Below are positions 46,867 to 49,793 of a DNA stretch of 49,793 nt, in pieces. The notes under the pieces were generated by a model. It did no database searches. It saw only the letters and a list, made by a program, of their open reading frames with translations, and was not told the origin of the DNA. The stretch is from contig QHZP01000033.1 in assembly GCA_003224715.1 (NCBI GenBank), positions 1 through 49,793 of the forward strand, given 5' to 3'. Positions within the stretch are counted from its first letter, which is position 1. Every line of letters starts with the position of its first letter. A program made the translations under genes and the position numbers. This stretch comes from Acidobacteriota bacterium (lineage in GTDB: Bacteria; Acidobacteriota; Terriglobia; Versatilivoradales; Versatilivoraceae).

Positions 46867-47021
46867 GAGACCTGCCTCCGAGTGGATCAGTTTTCTATTT
46901 TCTAAATGTGAATTTGGAAAATCAGGGCAATCTAAATGGCCAACTCTTGGCTCAAAGCGAAAGGGCTTAAATCCTTGTACATTACGGCACTGGGATTTAA
47001 TGTTAAGACCTACTAAAGAGC

Positions 47022-47052
47022 AAAAAAGGGGCAGACCTTTAAACCCGCCCCT
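47022..47052 (-). terminator. Rho-independent terminator immediately after tgt
   Basis: The minus strand reads AGGGGCGG-GTTTAAAGGT-CTGCCCCT followed by TTTTT. It begins 3 nt after the tgt stop. Confidence 0.65.
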
Positions 47053-47054
47053 TG

Positions 47055-48233
<1,179 letters not shown>

Positions 48234-48262
48234 TCACAAACCTTTCAACCGATCTTTAGTAA

Positions 48263-48422
48263 CTAACTAGCCAAGGGCTGGCGCCTTTGATATCGCTGCC
48301 CCGCCCCAGACAGGGAGCCCGAAGCGCAAGCGCGGGTCATCGCCACTCACCCTCGCTTGCGCTTCGGGCTCGCAGAGCGTCCCCAAACGAGAACAAAATT
48401 CTCGTTTCGATCCCCATAACGG
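48263..48422 (+). repeat. Structured intergenic repeat, copy D (best preserved)
   Basis: CTAACTAGCCAAGGGCTGGC...GATATCGCTGCCCCGCCCCAGACAGG-GAGCCCGAAGCGCAAGCGCGGGT-CATCGCCACTC-ACCCTCGCTTGCGCTTCGGGCTC-GCAGAGCGTCCCC-AAACGAGAACAAAATTCTCGTTT-CGATCCCCATAACGG. Confidence 0.85.
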
Positions 48423-48624
48423 TCCAACTACGACAAGGGACCACTAATGCTGTTTGTCTCATCCTGAGGCCACTTCCTACTTCACTCAAATTAAACAACA
48501 AGTCAGAACAAACTTAAAGGTACAATAACGGATCGGGTTGCTGGGAGAACTTGGGACATTACTAGGCATTACTAATAGTTCCCTTGAGGAGTCATTGCGC
48601 CTGAGCTTTCTGGCCGGAGATGCT

Positions 48625-49793
48625 ATGCTCAACAGCATTTTCGTTGTGACTGTCTTGCTGTCCGTCCTGTTGGCTGGCTTCACTGGCCGCATGGACATGC
48701 TGACCCAGGCTTCCATCAAGTCAGCCAAAGATGCGGTGGAGTTGGCGCTGGGCCTGGTCGGCGTGTTGGCGTTCTTCCTGGGGTTAATGAGAGTCGCTGC
48801 CGCCGGTGGACTGTTGCGGCTGCTCACAGGGTTGCTTAAGCCGTTACTGAAGGTCCTGTTCCCCACGGTTCCACACGATCACCCTGCCATGGGCGCCATG
48901 ATTTTCAATATCGCAAGCACCATTCTGGGTCTGGGCAATGCGGCGACTCCTTTTGGAATCAAAGCTATGATAGAACTGGACCGCCTGAATCGAGCCAAGG
49001 GGACCGCCACGGATGCCATGATCGTTTTTCTCGCCATCAACACCGCAGGATTTACGCTCATCCCAACCACCATCATTGGACTGCGCGCTTCAAGTGGATC
49101 CGCCGACCCGGCCGGCATCTTGGCTCCAACCTGGTTCGCCAGCGCCTGCGCAACCCTTGTCGGCATCGCAGCCGCCAAATCGCTGGCGCGCCTGCCCCGT
49201 TTCCGAACAACGGCTCCTCCATCGGCGGAGGAGAACAAAGCGCCAAGCCAGGAGGCAGGGATCAACTCCTCAATTTCCCCAGAGGCTTCGGACCAGTTGG
49301 CAGAGCTTGAATTGGAAACCGCTTCAGACCGCTGGCGTTTTTTGAGTGTCTCGCTCTTTTCCCTTTTTTTTGTGGGGGCCGCCTGTCTCCATATCATTCG
49401 CTCGTCAAGAACAGTACCAAGCGGTGACCTGTTGCGCGGAATGCTTTCCTTCTGGGTACTTCCGGCGCTCATTGCGACACTGGTGCTGTTCGGATGGGCC
49501 AGGGGAGTCAAGGTATACGAAGCACTCGTCGAGGGGGCAAAGGAAGGGTTCAGAGTGGCTGTCCGGATTATCCCCTACTTGGTTGCGATTCTGGTCATGG
49601 TGGGCATGTTCAGGGCTTCGGGAGGGCTCGACTTGCTGGTTCGGTTCCTAGGTCCCCTCACCGACAGGATTGGGATGCCTGCCGAGGCCCTTCCGGTGGG
49701 AATCTTGAGACCCTTGTCAGGCTCTGGAACGTTGGGATTGGTTGCCGAGATCCTCAAGACGCGGGGCCCGGATTCTTTCATCGGCTACATGGT
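48625..49793 (+). CDS. Nucleoside-recognition-domain membrane protein, fused SpmA/SpmB-like (C-terminus beyond the window)
   Basis: Not in the ORF track because there is no stop before the window end. Hand translation from ATG 48625: MLNSIFVVTVLLSVLLAGFTGRMDMLTQASIKSAKDAVELALGLVGVLAFFLGLMRVA...ILGLGNAATPFGIKAMIELD...AMIVFLAINTAGFTLIP...EGAKEGFRVAVRIIPYLVAILVMVGMFRASGG...RPLSGSGTLGLVAEIL. The minus-strand ORFs at 48486-49511 are shadow frames. Confidence 0.8.
   Translation, partial: MLNSIFVVTVLLSVLLAGFTGRMDMLTQASIKSAKDAVELALGLVGVLAFFLGLMRVAAAGGLLRLLTGLLKPLLKVLFPTVPHDHPAMGAMIFNIASTILGLGNAATPFGIKAMIELDRLNRAKGTATDAMIVFLAINTAGFTLIPTTIIGLRASSGSADPAGILAPTWFASACATLVGIAAAKSLARLPRFRTTAPPSAEENKAPSQEAGINSSISPEASDQLAELELETASDRWRFLSVSLFSLFFVGAACLHIIRSSRTVPSGDLLRGMLSFWVLPALIATLVLFGWARGVKVYEALVEGAKEGFRVAVRIIPYLVAILVMVGMFRASGGLDLLVRFLGPLTDRIGMPAEALPVGILRPLSGSGTLGLVAEILKTRGPDSFIGYM

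Overview
This 49.8 kb window reads as ordinary core chromosome of an Acidobacteriota-like bacterium. The lineage guess rests on an ADOP-type MacB/FtsX permease at the left edge and a futalosine-pathway mqnA, and is an inference. I can support about 45 protein genes, one tRNA(CAU), three rho-independent terminators and two sigma70-like promoter candidates. Almost all genes sit in classic housekeeping clusters. These are a giant LptC/LptA-like gene with lptB-rpoN-hpf-rapZ; recJ; mutS2-dnaG-rpoD; rpsP-KH-rimM-trmD-rplS-rnhB; thrC; tsaD; rpmB; rel; tonB-exbB-exbD-exbD; and tgt-yajC-secD-secF. I see no transposase, integrase, CRISPR array, phage genes or recognisable defence or toxin genes, so I cannot honestly claim a new multi-gene system. 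The observations most worth a second look are: (1) a ~130-160 bp strongly structured intergenic repeat family with at least four copies in both orientations; (2) rpoD split by a one-base frameshift; (3) an RNase HI carrying a C-terminal AF2212/DUF104-type antitoxin-like domain; (4) a ~90-aa ComEA-like helix-hairpin-helix insertion in the periplasmic loop of SecF; (5) a single 761-aa membrane-anchored multi-OstA/LptA-like protein where lptC and lptA normally sit. Start codons are often ambiguous, because the ORF track translates GTG/TTG as M. Where I moved a start, the reason is given in that feature's evidence.
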